20,782 nucleotides of DNA. Origin: Pedosphaera sp. GTDB taxonomy: Bacteria > Verrucomicrobiota > Verrucomicrobiia > Limisphaerales > SIBH01. The translations under genes and the position numbers were made by a program. Below are positions 10,243 through 17,869 of the stretch, one piece after another. The stretch covers positions 1-20,782 of the forward strand of contig JANOQV010000185.1 of NCBI GenBank assembly GCA_031414955.1, in the 5' to 3' direction. Numbering within the stretch: the stretch's first letter is position 1; each line of letters starts with the position of its first letter. The notes beneath the pieces were generated by a model, which made no database searches, was not told where the DNA came from, and saw only the letters and a program-made list of their open reading frames with translations.

Positions 10243-12321
10243 TCAATTGCGCGCGAGCGAGTTTTTGCGCGAGGCTGCCGGTTGCTTCTCGCGGTCGCGC
10301 AGTTTTGTGTAAATTCTTTGCGCCACCGGAGCGCAGGTGCCGCCCCCGCTGCCCCCGCTCTCCACCATCACCACCACCGCGTAGCGGGGCTGTTCATACG
10401 GACCAAAGGAGGCAAACCAGGTGATATGATCGTCGGCCTTGGTGTGGCCCAGTTTGATCAGTTGCGCCGTGCCCGTCTTGGCGCAGATACGGAAACCCTC
10501 GACCTGCGCCTTGGTGCCCGTGCCCTCGGCGTCCTCGGTGTCGGCGAGCATGGCCTCGTGGACGAGGCGAAGCGTGCGCGAGGTGACGGGAAGCTGATCC
10601 CGGATGACGGGCCGCACCCCGGCGCGCTGCGCCGGATCGACGAGTTCATCTTGGCCCTGGGTCGAGAGGATGAGTTGCGGCGTGAGCACCCGGCCGCCAT
10701 TCGCCACGGCGGCCATGGCCACGGCCAGTTGCAGCGGCGTGACCAGTAAATCGCCCTGACCAATGGCGAGGTTCGCCGTGTCGCCGTTCTGCCACGGACC
10801 ACGGTTCTTCTTGATCCAATCGCGTGTGGGCAGGATGCCGCGGCTGTCCTGGCCCAGCGGGATGCCGGTGCGTTCACCAAGATGCAGCCGCTCGCCCATC
10901 GCGATGATGGCCTCGGGTCCGACCCGGAGCGCGTTGGTGATGAAGTAGCTGTTGCTCGACTTGATCAGAGCGCGCTTGAAGTTGTAAGGACCCGCATTGG
11001 CCGTGTCCCTGATCTTCCGTTGCCCGACGTAAATGCAGCCCTTCGGGGCATTCTCTGGATCGACCGCGACTTGGAAGATGCTGGCCGGGTCCAACGTGCC
11101 CGCCTCCAGACCCACGAGGGCCACGACTGTCTTGAAAGTCGAGCCAGGCGGATAGCCACCCAGTATCGCCCGGTGTTGCAAGGGCCTGGTGCTCTCGTCC
11201 ATGTACTCCGCGTAATCAGCCGCGCTGATGTGCGGGATGAACTTGTTCGGATCGAAAGCCGGAGCCGAGGCCAGCGCGATGATTTCACCCGTGCGGCAAT
11301 CCAACACCACCGCCGCCCCTCGCACCGGATGTCCCGCGCCGGGCGCATTCTTCAACGCCCTCTCGGCCTCGGCTTGCACCGCAGCATCCAGGGTCAAGGT
11401 CACGTTGCGCCCGGCCTCGACCGGTGACCACACGGTTTCGCTCTGGAGATAGCCGAGGTTGTTCACGAGCATGGACTTCGCCCCGGCCCGGCCGTGCAAC
11501 TCCTCATCCTGGGAATACTCAATGCCGGAGATGCCGCGATAATCAGGCAGCCGGTAATTGTAGAACGACAGCTCGTCCTCGGCCGACTCTTCGCTGCGTC
11601 GCAGGTAGCCAAGAACATGCGCGGCCACCGTGCCCTGCGGGTAAATGCGGATGGGCTGAATCTCCATGTCCAGTCCTGCCAGCCGTGTGCCCTGCTCGAG
11701 AAAGCGCGCGATCAGGTTCGAACTCAGCCCGGATAAAATCGGCATGGGCAGGGCGCGTCGTTGCTCGTAATGCTCGTGGAATTCCTTTTGGAACTTCGCC
11801 TCGTTGGTCACCACGACCTGCCCCAGCGCGAGACCAAGCTGCTGCACCAGATTGCTCGTCGCGGCATAACGGGAGCGGCGCAGGAGTTCGTTGCGTGTTG
11901 CCACATCCAGCTTGCGCGTCTCCTTGGGCAGGGAGCGCAGGCCGGTCCAGGCGAGAAAGCGGGCCAGCCACGAAGGCGGGCGCGCCGGTGCTGCGGTTCG
12001 CGCCACGGCCACCGCCCGCTGGCGAACGTATTCGTCCCAAGCCAGCGCCCGCCAGCCGCGGTCGTGCAGGTAGAGGCTGATGTTGTAAACAGGAACATTC
12101 TCCGCCAGCGCCACGCCGTGGCGATCGAGAATCTTGCCGCGCGGCCCCGGCACGCGGACGGTCCGCGAGGACTGATTGCGCTGGTCCTCGGCGTAATGTC
12201 CCGAGCGCACGACCTGCACCCACCAAAGCCCGCCGAACAAAACAGCGAGTCCCGCCGCCACGCACCAGGAGAGCAGGCGCAGATGGCGATCGGCTTTGTT
12301 GAGCTGGTCGAAGATTAGCAT
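10243..12321 (-). CDS. mrdA: Penicillin-binding protein 2 (class B transpeptidase), 692 aa
   Basis: N-terminal TM anchor, PRGKILDRHG, G-x-SGIE, YPPGSTFK (SxxK), SSN (SxN), KTGTAQ. Start at ATG 12321 (MLIFDQL); the ORF-track extension runs through the repeat element. Confidence 0.93.
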   Translation of the reverse strand: MLIFDQLNKADRHLRLLSWCVAAGLAVLFGGLWWVQVVRSGHYAEDQRNQSSRTVRVPGPRGKILDRHGVALAENVPVYNISLYLHDRGWRALAWDEYVRQRAVAVARTAAPARPPSWLARFLAWTGLRSLPKETRKLDVATRNELLRRSRYAATSNLVQQLGLALGQVVVTNEAKFQKEFHEHYEQRRALPMPILSGLSSNLIARFLEQGTRLAGLDMEIQPIRIYPQGTVAAHVLGYLRRSEESAEDELSFYNYRLPDYRGISGIEYSQDEELHGRAGAKSMLVNNLGYLQSETVWSPVEAGRNVTLTLDAAVQAEAERALKNAPGAGHPVRGAAVVLDCRTGEIIALASAPAFDPNKFIPHISAADYAEYMDESTRPLQHRAILGGYPPGSTFKTVVALVGLEAGTLDPASIFQVAVDPENAPKGCIYVGQRKIRDTANAGPYNFKRALIKSSNSYFITNALRVGPEAIIAMGERLHLGERTGIPLGQDSRGILPTRDWIKKNRGPWQNGDTANLAIGQGDLLVTPLQLAVAMAAVANGGRVLTPQLILSTQGQDELVDPAQRAGVRPVIRDQLPVTSRTLRLVHEAMLADTEDAEGTGTKAQVEGFRICAKTGTAQLIKLGHTKADDHITWFASFGPYEQPRYAVVVMVESGGSGGGTCAPVAQRIYTKLRDREKQPAASRKNSLARN

Positions 12322-12467
12322 GTGAGAAAAGCTCCAAGCTCCAAGAACCATGCTCCAGATAAACACCAAGCACCAAACTCCAACCCGCTCCACGAACGCA
12401 CACGCCGTTTGGAACTTGGGAATTGGAGCTTCCTTGGAGCTTGGTGCTTGGAACTTGGAGCTTTCAT
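12315..12467 (-). CDS. Putative 50-aa mini-ORF spanning element E1
   Basis: MKAPSSKHQAPRKLQFPSSKRRVRSWSGLEFGAWCLSGAWFLELGAFLTC*. The ATG overlaps the mreD stop (ATGA) and follows GAGAGGGAGGAA; its last codons overlap the mrdA start (ATG-C-TAA). Translation not demonstrated. Confidence 0.45.
   Translation of the reverse strand: MKAPSSKHQAPRKLQFPSSKRRVRSWSGLEFGAWCLSGAWFLELGAFLTC
12328..12464. repeat. Heptamer-repeat inverted-repeat (hairpin) element E1 filling the mreD-mrdA junction
   Basis: 56-nt arms at 12328-12383 and 12409-12464 with a 25-nt loop; 43/56 Watson-Crick. Left arm: aaagctc caagctc caagaac catgctc cagataaacac caagcac caaactc caa. Reverse complement of right arm: aaagctc caagttc caagcac caagctc caaggaagctc caattcc caagttc caa. 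Confidence 0.92.
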
Positions 12468-13015
12468 TTCCTCCCTCTCGCGATCTCCCGGTCTTGCCGG
12501 AAACTGGACTCAACCTGACGCTCGTAGCCGAGCAGGCGATACACCTTGTCGAAGATTCTGAAATAAACCGGTACCAGCAGGCCGCCGCCCAAGGTCATCA
12601 CCACCCATTGCCAGATGAAGCCGAGGCCCAGGAGCGGTTCGGCGCGGGAAGACAGGAGGATGACGAAGGTCAACAATGGCACCAGACCGCTGGCCATCGA
12701 GCCGAGGACGAGTTGGGCATAGGTCTGCTCACGCAGGATAAGGTGGGAAAATTGTTGCACCGCGAAGCCGATCAGGAACAAAGGCAGAATCGAGATGCCG
12801 AGCGGATTCGCCGAGAGCGAGTCAAACCACAAACCGCCCAACACGGAGAGCAACGATACGGTCAGCATCCCCGAACTCAGGCTCGCGTATACCATGAGGC
12901 CGGGCAGCAGATCGATCTGCGCCCCCAGGAAATGGCGGAAGAACCCGAACGACGACTCTGCAAACACCGCCAGAAACGCGAGCACGAGGATGAAGATGGT
13001 GTTGAGGGCGCTCAT
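12464..13015 (-). CDS. mreD: Rod shape-determining protein MreD (183 aa)
   Basis: Very hydrophobic multi-TM protein, IDLLPGLMVY and GGLWFDSLSANPLG motifs; lies between mreC and mrdA. Start at ATG 13015. Confidence 0.85.
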   Translation of the reverse strand: MSALNTIFILVLAFLAVFAESSFGFFRHFLGAQIDLLPGLMVYASLSSGMLTVSLLSVLGGLWFDSLSANPLGISILPLFLIGFAVQQFSHLILREQTYAQLVLGSMASGLVPLLTFVILLSSRAEPLLGLGFIWQWVVMTLGGGLLVPVYFRIFDKVYRLLGYERQVESSFRQDREIARGRK

Positions 13016-13158
13016 GCGAAAAAAGATCCAAGACCCAAGATCCAAGATCCAGAGAAACACCAGGCACCAAGACCCAAATGGCACATCCAATGAACTTGGG
13101 TGTTTGAAGTTTGGAGCTTCTCTGGATCTTGGATCTTGGTGTTTGGTGTTTTCATCAT
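13012..13158 (-). CDS. Putative 48-aa mini-ORF spanning element E2
   Basis: MMKTPNTKIQDPEKLQTSNTQVHWMCHLGLGAWCFSGSWILGLGSFFA*. ATGA overlap with the mreC stop at its start and ATGA overlap with the mreD start at its end. Translation not demonstrated. Confidence 0.5.
   Translation of the reverse strand: MMKTPNTKIQDPEKLQTSNTQVHWMCHLGLGAWCFSGSWILGLGSFFA
13022..13152. repeat. Heptamer-repeat inverted-repeat (hairpin) element E2 filling the mreC-mreD junction
   Basis: Left arm: aaagatc caagacc caagatc caagatc cagagaaacac caggcac caagacc caa. Reverse complement of right arm: aaaacac caaacac caagatc caagatc cagagaagctc caaactt caaacac. Perfect 22-bp core: 13035-13056 pairs with 13118-13139. Confidence 0.92.
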
Positions 13159-13970
13159 GGCATCATCACCCACACCTCTTCGAGCAGGTTCATCTTCACC
13201 GCGAGTTTCACACGCGCGACCGTGACGAGGCCGAATTCAACCGGGCGAGTGTCGATAACCTGTCCAATGAGAATTCCTTTGGGGAAAATTCCGCCCAGGC
13301 CGCTGGTCACGACCAGTTGGCCCGGCTTCACGGTGGTGGCCTTGGTGAGGTAGCCAAGTTCAACGATGCTTTCGTCCAGCACGCTGGAGCCGCCCGTGAT
13401 CACCCCGGTGTCGATGGTTTCTCGGTTCTGCGGCACATAGACGAGCGAGGCGACACGGCAACTCGGGTCGCCGATGAGCACCACGCGGGAACGGGTTTCG
13501 CTGACTTCGCTCACGCGGCCGATCAGACCCTCGGCGGTAAGCACTGGCGAATCCACGCGAAGGCCGTCACGCTTGCCGAGATCAATCTGGACGTTGCGCC
13601 ACCAGTTGGCCGGATCGCGACCGATGACGTGGGCCGCCTTGATTTTCCATGAGACCTGTTTCGGGAACTCCAGCATGGCGCGCAGCCGCCCGTTCTCGCG
13701 CTCGAGTTCGGTTTCTCGCTGCAACCGGACCTTCAGCTCCGCATTCTCGCGCCGGAGCTGTTCGTTCTGCTGGACGAGCGCCTTGCGGGGCACGATGGCA
13801 TTGCCGGCTTTCTCGCTCAGTTGCTGGCCAGAACTGGCCAGGCCGAAGGGCACTAGGAAAATACTGCCGAGGGCGAGCTTGAGCTGTGTCGAGGCGCGCG
13901 GGGAAAGGTTCAGGAAAATCGTCGTCAGCAAGAACACGACGCCCAGGGAGATGTAGTGGGAGCGATTCAT
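13155..13970 (-). CDS. mreC: Rod shape-determining protein MreC (271 aa)
   Basis: N-terminal TM, coiled coil (LVQQNEQLRRENAELK..LERENGRLRAML), AHVIGRDP, IDLGKRDGL, GLIGRV, VVTSGLGGIFPKGILIG. Start at ATG 13970. Confidence 0.93.
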   Translation of the reverse strand: MNRSHYISLGVVFLLTTIFLNLSPRASTQLKLALGSIFLVPFGLASSGQQLSEKAGNAIVPRKALVQQNEQLRRENAELKVRLQRETELERENGRLRAMLEFPKQVSWKIKAAHVIGRDPANWWRNVQIDLGKRDGLRVDSPVLTAEGLIGRVSEVSETRSRVVLIGDPSCRVASLVYVPQNRETIDTGVITGGSSVLDESIVELGYLTKATTVKPGQLVVTSGLGGIFPKGILIGQVIDTRPVEFGLVTVARVKLAVKMNLLEEVWVMMP

Positions 13971-14105
13971 GCGCGAACGGCGGGCAAGGATCGTCCCTTG
14001 GAGCCCGGTTTGGCGGGCTGGCGCATCCAAAATGTCAGTAGATCATTCACCGTTTCAGCGTGCGCCCGGACTCTGGCCGGCGGCACGTTCACGGCGAACG
14101 CGGAA

Positions 14106-15134
14106 TCAACCCTTTGCGGAACTGGTGACTCGCTTCAAGAATTGGAGCTCCTGCAACACCCGCCCGGTCCCGGTGACCACGGCGGTGAGCGGATCGTCGG
14201 CGATATGCACCGGCAATCCTGTTTCTTCCGCCACCAGCCGGTCGATGCCGCGCAGCAGCGCGCCACCGCCCGCCATGACAATGCCCCGATCCACGAGGTC
14301 CGCCGACAATTCGGGGGGACACCGTTCGAGGGTGATGCGGACAGACTCCAAAATACTTGAAAGCGGCTCCTGCAAGGCCTCGCGAATCTCTTCCGAGCGG
14401 ACGGGCAGCGTTTTCGGCAGCCCCGCGCCCAGATCGCGGCCTTTGACTTCCATGGTCAATTCCTGTTCCAGCGGAAAAGCTGATCCAATCCGGATCTTGA
14501 TCTCCTCCGCTGTGCGTTCGCCAATCATCAAGTTGTAGGCGCGCTTCATGTGCGCCACGATCGTCTCGTCAAATTCGTCTCCGCCCACCCGCAGGCTGCG
14601 GCTGAAGACGATGCCGGCGAGCGAGATGATTGCGATTTCGCAAGTCCCGCCGCCGATGTCCACGATCATGTTGCCCGCCGGTTCATGGACCGGCAGCCCA
14701 ACGCCGATGGCCGAGGCCATCGGTTGTTCGATCAGGTACACCTCGCGCGCACCCGCATGGGTGGCCGAGTCTTTGACGGCACGTTTCTCCACTTCCGTGA
14801 TGCCTGAGGGAACAGCGACCACAACGCGGGGCGCGATCAGTTTCCGGTGATGCACTTTCTGAATGAAGTGCCGGAGCATCGCCTCGGTAATCTCAAAGTC
14901 AGCGATGACACCGTCTTTCATCGGGCGGATGGCCACGATGTTACCGGGAGTGCGGCCCAACATGCGCTTCGCTTCTTCTCCGACGGCGAGGACGTTGGTT
15001 GTACCGGCCTGAATGGCAACGACGGAAGGTTCACGCAAAACGATGCCCTGATCACGGACATAGACCAACGAATTGGCCGTGCCCAGATCGATCCCAATGT
15101 CATTGGAAAAGAGGCTTTTAAGTTGCGCGAACAT
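14106..15134 (-). CDS. mreB: Rod shape-determining protein MreB (342 aa)
   Basis: [72 protein letters not shown]. Start at ATG 15134. Confidence 0.98.
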   Translation of the reverse strand: MFAQLKSLFSNDIGIDLGTANSLVYVRDQGIVLREPSVVAIQAGTTNVLAVGEEAKRMLGRTPGNIVAIRPMKDGVIADFEITEAMLRHFIQKVHHRKLIAPRVVVAVPSGITEVEKRAVKDSATHAGAREVYLIEQPMASAIGVGLPVHEPAGNMIVDIGGGTCEIAIISLAGIVFSRSLRVGGDEFDETIVAHMKRAYNLMIGERTAEEIKIRIGSAFPLEQELTMEVKGRDLGAGLPKTLPVRSEEIREALQEPLSSILESVRITLERCPPELSADLVDRGIVMAGGGALLRGIDRLVAEETGLPVHIADDPLTAVVTGTGRVLQELQFLKRVTSSAKG

Positions 15135-15257
15135 GAATCTGCCTACGAGCGTGGGATTAGAGCGGCGGGCTTGCGGGCGGGTCAAGAAGTAACTTCCCCG
15201 GATTGGGAAACGACCGATGAACCGCGCCTCTTGGCGGGCGAAAGGCGTGTCCGAGCA

Positions 15258-16625
15258 TCATTGCCCGCGCAAATCCCGCAACAGTCGCTTGTATTCGGCG
15301 GACTCGCGCAGCAGTCGGCCCCCCACGTCGCGCAGCCGGTCCACCGCCTCGGCGGGCAGCGTGAAGCTGGTCTTCAGGTTCTGGAAGTACTCGCGTTCCC
15401 CGGCGTCGGCCAGTTCGTCGAAGCTGACTTCGATGAGATAGAATTCCAGGGAGTTGGTCTGGCCGCGCCGCGCGTCGGCCAGGGCGCCCCATTGGACGAC
15501 CTTTTCCCGGAGCAACTCGACGGTCTCGTAAGAGTAGCGGGACATGGGGATGCTGGAGCTTTTGGCCCCGAGGTCGAACATGCCGGGCGGGAAGGGCTTG
15601 GTGTCCCAGTTGCGTTTGGGCCGGTGGGCCGCGTTCACAAAGATGATGGCCACGCGCCGGAGGGCGGCCACCTCGGGCTGGGTGCGCGGCGCCGCCTCCA
15701 GGGCGGAAAAACTGTCGAGGATGGCCCGCAGCCCAAGGTTATCCGAGACACCCCCATCGATCAGGTGCAGGTAGGGCCGGGCTCCGCTGTCGCCGAAGGA
15801 ATTGATTTCCCGCGCCCGGTAAAGTGCGCGATGCGGCGCAGCGTCGCCCCGGGTGAGGACGCTGTTCATCCAGTCGGGCGGCAGGTAGCCGCATTGGCCC
15901 CCGTGGTTGTCGAGCGTGATGGGCGACAGCACCACCGGCACCGCCGAGGAGGCCGCGACCGCGCGGGCGATGGGAAATTTGGAAATGTCGCCACAGATCA
16001 GGTCGAACTGCGACTGGGTGAACTCGAAGCGCGCGCCGGTGCTCACGTCGCTGGCGTTGATGACGATGAACGGGCGCCCGACGCGCGGCAGATCACCGAA
16101 GGTGGCCCCCTGGAACAGAATGCGGTTGTAATACCGTTCCGCGAGGTCCGAACGGCCGGCCAGCCCGGACCAGAGCCACGGCCAGTTCCACGGGTTGAGC
16201 GTCTGGACAAGCAGGGCGCGCTGCACGTTCCGCTTCAAGAACTGTTTCTCGTAGTCGGCGAAGAGGCGTTCGCCGTGCTGGGCGTAAGCCATGGCCGTAA
16301 AGCTGCCGCCCGACACGGAGGAAATGCCATCCACTTCGTGGAGCAGACTGCGGCCCGGCAGATTTGGCGCCGGTGTCTCGAACATTTCCTTGAGCACACC
16401 ATAGGAAAGCGACGCGGCCCGCGTGCCGCCGCCGGAAAGGGCGAGGAAGCAGAGCAACTCCGGCGAGTTGTTGGTGCGGAGGTCGGGATCCCGGTGGTTC
16501 CAGTAATAGCCGCGGCCGGGGGTGGCCGCATCCAGGCGCGGCGTCGGCGCGCGGGTGGCACAGCCGGTGGCCAGGATGATGGCTGCGAGCAGCGCGGCTC
16601 CCCATGTCGTTCTCATAGCGTTCAT
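15258..16625 (-). CDS. Patatin-like phospholipase family lipoprotein (455 aa)
   Basis: Lipobox LATG-C after a hydrophobic signal; ALSGGGTRAA (oxyanion), SSVSGGS (catalytic Ser), AVAASSAVP, HLIDGGVSDNLG (catalytic Asp). ATG 16625 overlaps the upstream stop (ATGA); alternative ATG 16616. Confidence 0.9.
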   Translation of the reverse strand: MNAMRTTWGAALLAAIILATGCATRAPTPRLDAATPGRGYYWNHRDPDLRTNNSPELLCFLALSGGGTRAASLSYGVLKEMFETPAPNLPGRSLLHEVDGISSVSGGSFTAMAYAQHGERLFADYEKQFLKRNVQRALLVQTLNPWNWPWLWSGLAGRSDLAERYYNRILFQGATFGDLPRVGRPFIVINASDVSTGARFEFTQSQFDLICGDISKFPIARAVAASSAVPVVLSPITLDNHGGQCGYLPPDWMNSVLTRGDAAPHRALYRAREINSFGDSGARPYLHLIDGGVSDNLGLRAILDSFSALEAAPRTQPEVAALRRVAIIFVNAAHRPKRNWDTKPFPPGMFDLGAKSSSIPMSRYSYETVELLREKVVQWGALADARRGQTNSLEFYLIEVSFDELADAGEREYFQNLKTSFTLPAEAVDRLRDVGGRLLRESAEYKRLLRDLRGQ

Positions 16626-17101
16626 GCTTTGCTCCGTGTGTTCCGCGGCTGCTGGCCAGCGGCATCGGCGGGTTCCATGAGCGCCTGCCCCAGCCGCTCC
16701 AGCTCCTTGGTGTAGCAAAACACCGAGAAGAGGATGGCGATGAGCATCGCTTCGCGCCAGAACGCCAGTTGCAACTCGTGGTAGCGGACGTAGAACACGG
16801 CCGCAAACATCCCGCCCACGTAGATGATTGTGAGCCGGCCTAGAAACTGGACCACATGGCCGAGGAACGGCCGCGGGCCGCCACCAACCACGGGCGGGAT
16901 GCGGCGCGCCATCCAATACGCCGGCTGAACCAGTGCCAGCGCGATCAAGGCCCAGCAGGTCACGGAGAGTTTCGGCCCGGTGTCCGGTGCGCCGAGCAGC
17001 AGTCGGCGGTAAATGGGAACTCCCATCCACAGGATGATCCCCACGCCCGCCGACTGGCAGGCAAGCAGCAGCCAATAACGATGTGTGCCGGTGGAACCCA
17101 T
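16622..17101 (-). CDS. Hypothetical membrane protein, ~4 TM (159 aa)
   Basis: Four hydrophobic segments; fills the gap between neighbours; stop overlaps the patatin ATG. Confidence 0.75.
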   Translation of the reverse strand: MGSTGTHRYWLLLACQSAGVGIILWMGVPIYRRLLLGAPDTGPKLSVTCWALIALALVQPAYWMARRIPPVVGGGPRPFLGHVVQFLGRLTIIYVGGMFAAVFYVRYHELQLAFWREAMLIAILFSVFCYTKELERLGQALMEPADAAGQQPRNTRSKA

Positions 17102-17133
17102 CCGGTCCTCGCGGCGCCGCCGCCCACGGGAGG

Positions 17134-17784
17134 TTATTTCCCGCCCGTCGTGGGGGACATGGAAACGCCCAGCGCCTTGAAATCCGCCGACAGCTTGCCC
17201 AGCGCCGAGCGCAGCGGCACCGCGTCCTTGTCCGCTTTGCCCGCCACGCCCTTGATCGAGGCCACGCCGCCGACCGTCAGATCCGTGGAGAGCACGGTGC
17301 GAATGTCCTTGAGGTCGGACATGAACGGCTTGAAGGCGTCGCTCGACTCCAGATAGCTGCGCTTCACGTCCGTGAAGCGCTTCTGCACCTCCAGTCTCCG
17401 CTCCGCGCTGCGGTGCTTGATGTCCTCGTTCTTGATCTGGGCCAGTTGCTCGTCCCAGGACTTGAAGTAATCGTTGCCCTTCTCCTTCATGCCGGTCGCG
17501 GCCGAAGCCACGTCTTCCGCCGTGGAAAACAGCGTGCTGACTGACGTGTCGAACTTCTTGTACTGCGGCTTGAGGTCCGCGCCCGGATTGTTCGCCAGAT
17601 CGGACAGAGCCGTCAGGACCGCTTCGACCTGGTTGCTGCTCTGATCAATGCCTTCAGCCGCCTTCTGCAAGGACGAGGCGGTGTCACTGGCTTTGTCGTA
17701 GCCGGTCGAAGAACAACCGGCGATCAGCGCCGCCGCCAGGGCGAGCGCGGCCAAGTTGGGGAGGGATATTGTTTTTGCAGTCAT
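17134..17784 (-). CDS. Helical/coiled-coil lipoprotein, DUF2959-like
   Basis: Lipobox IAG-C (AAALIAGCSSTG); all-alpha amphipathic pattern; YFKSWDEQLAQI-x-N motif recalled from DUF2959-type proteins (family assignment from memory). Confidence 0.7.
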   Translation of the reverse strand: MTAKTISLPNLAALALAAALIAGCSSTGYDKASDTASSLQKAAEGIDQSSNQVEAVLTALSDLANNPGADLKPQYKKFDTSVSTLFSTAEDVASAATGMKEKGNDYFKSWDEQLAQIKNEDIKHRSAERRLEVQKRFTDVKRSYLESSDAFKPFMSDLKDIRTVLSTDLTVGGVASIKGVAGKADKDAVPLRSALGKLSADFKALGVSMSPTTGGK

Positions 17785-17869
17785 ACGATTTAATTATTGG
17801 TTTGGTGTTTCCCGCGCCGGTCCGGCACCAAAAGGTGTCATTCCCGCGCGGACTCGGCCAGAACCGTAG

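Noticed and set aside
12322..12513. 64-aa N-terminal extension of PBP2 in the ORF track (MSPVSGK...SKFQAPSSKEAP...)
   Set aside because: It is read-through of the stop-free repeat element E1 and overlaps mreD; MLIFDQL at 12321 directly precedes the TM anchor region.
13016..13090. N-terminal extension of MreD (MDVPFGSWCLVFLWILDLGSW...)
   Set aside because: Translation of the E2 repeat arm from a TTG inside the hairpin loop; ATG 13015 gives a normal-sized MreD.
12328..13152. Repeats considered as a CRISPR array or intrinsic terminators
   Set aside because: No constant repeat/unique spacer pattern and no cas genes. The stems are long, imperfect and inside a tightly packed operon, although the short U-runs after each 3' arm mean partial attenuation cannot be excluded.
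13971..14105. 135-nt mreB-mreC spacer checked for a third heptamer element or ncRNA
   Set aside because: No CCAAnnn array; only short GC-rich imperfect stems.
15156..15185. Possible mreB promoter TTGACC-N18-TCTAAT (minus strand)
   Set aside because: Good -35, but the -10 lacks the conserved A at position 2 and the spacing is long; too weak to call.
14847..16715. 622-aa plus-strand ORF
   Set aside because: Antisense shadow of patatin/mreB in GC-rich DNA; no recognisable motifs.
16626..17075. 150-aa N-terminal extension of the patatin ORF
   Set aside because: Alternative frame of the 4-TM gene; the lipoprotein signal starts at 16625/16616.
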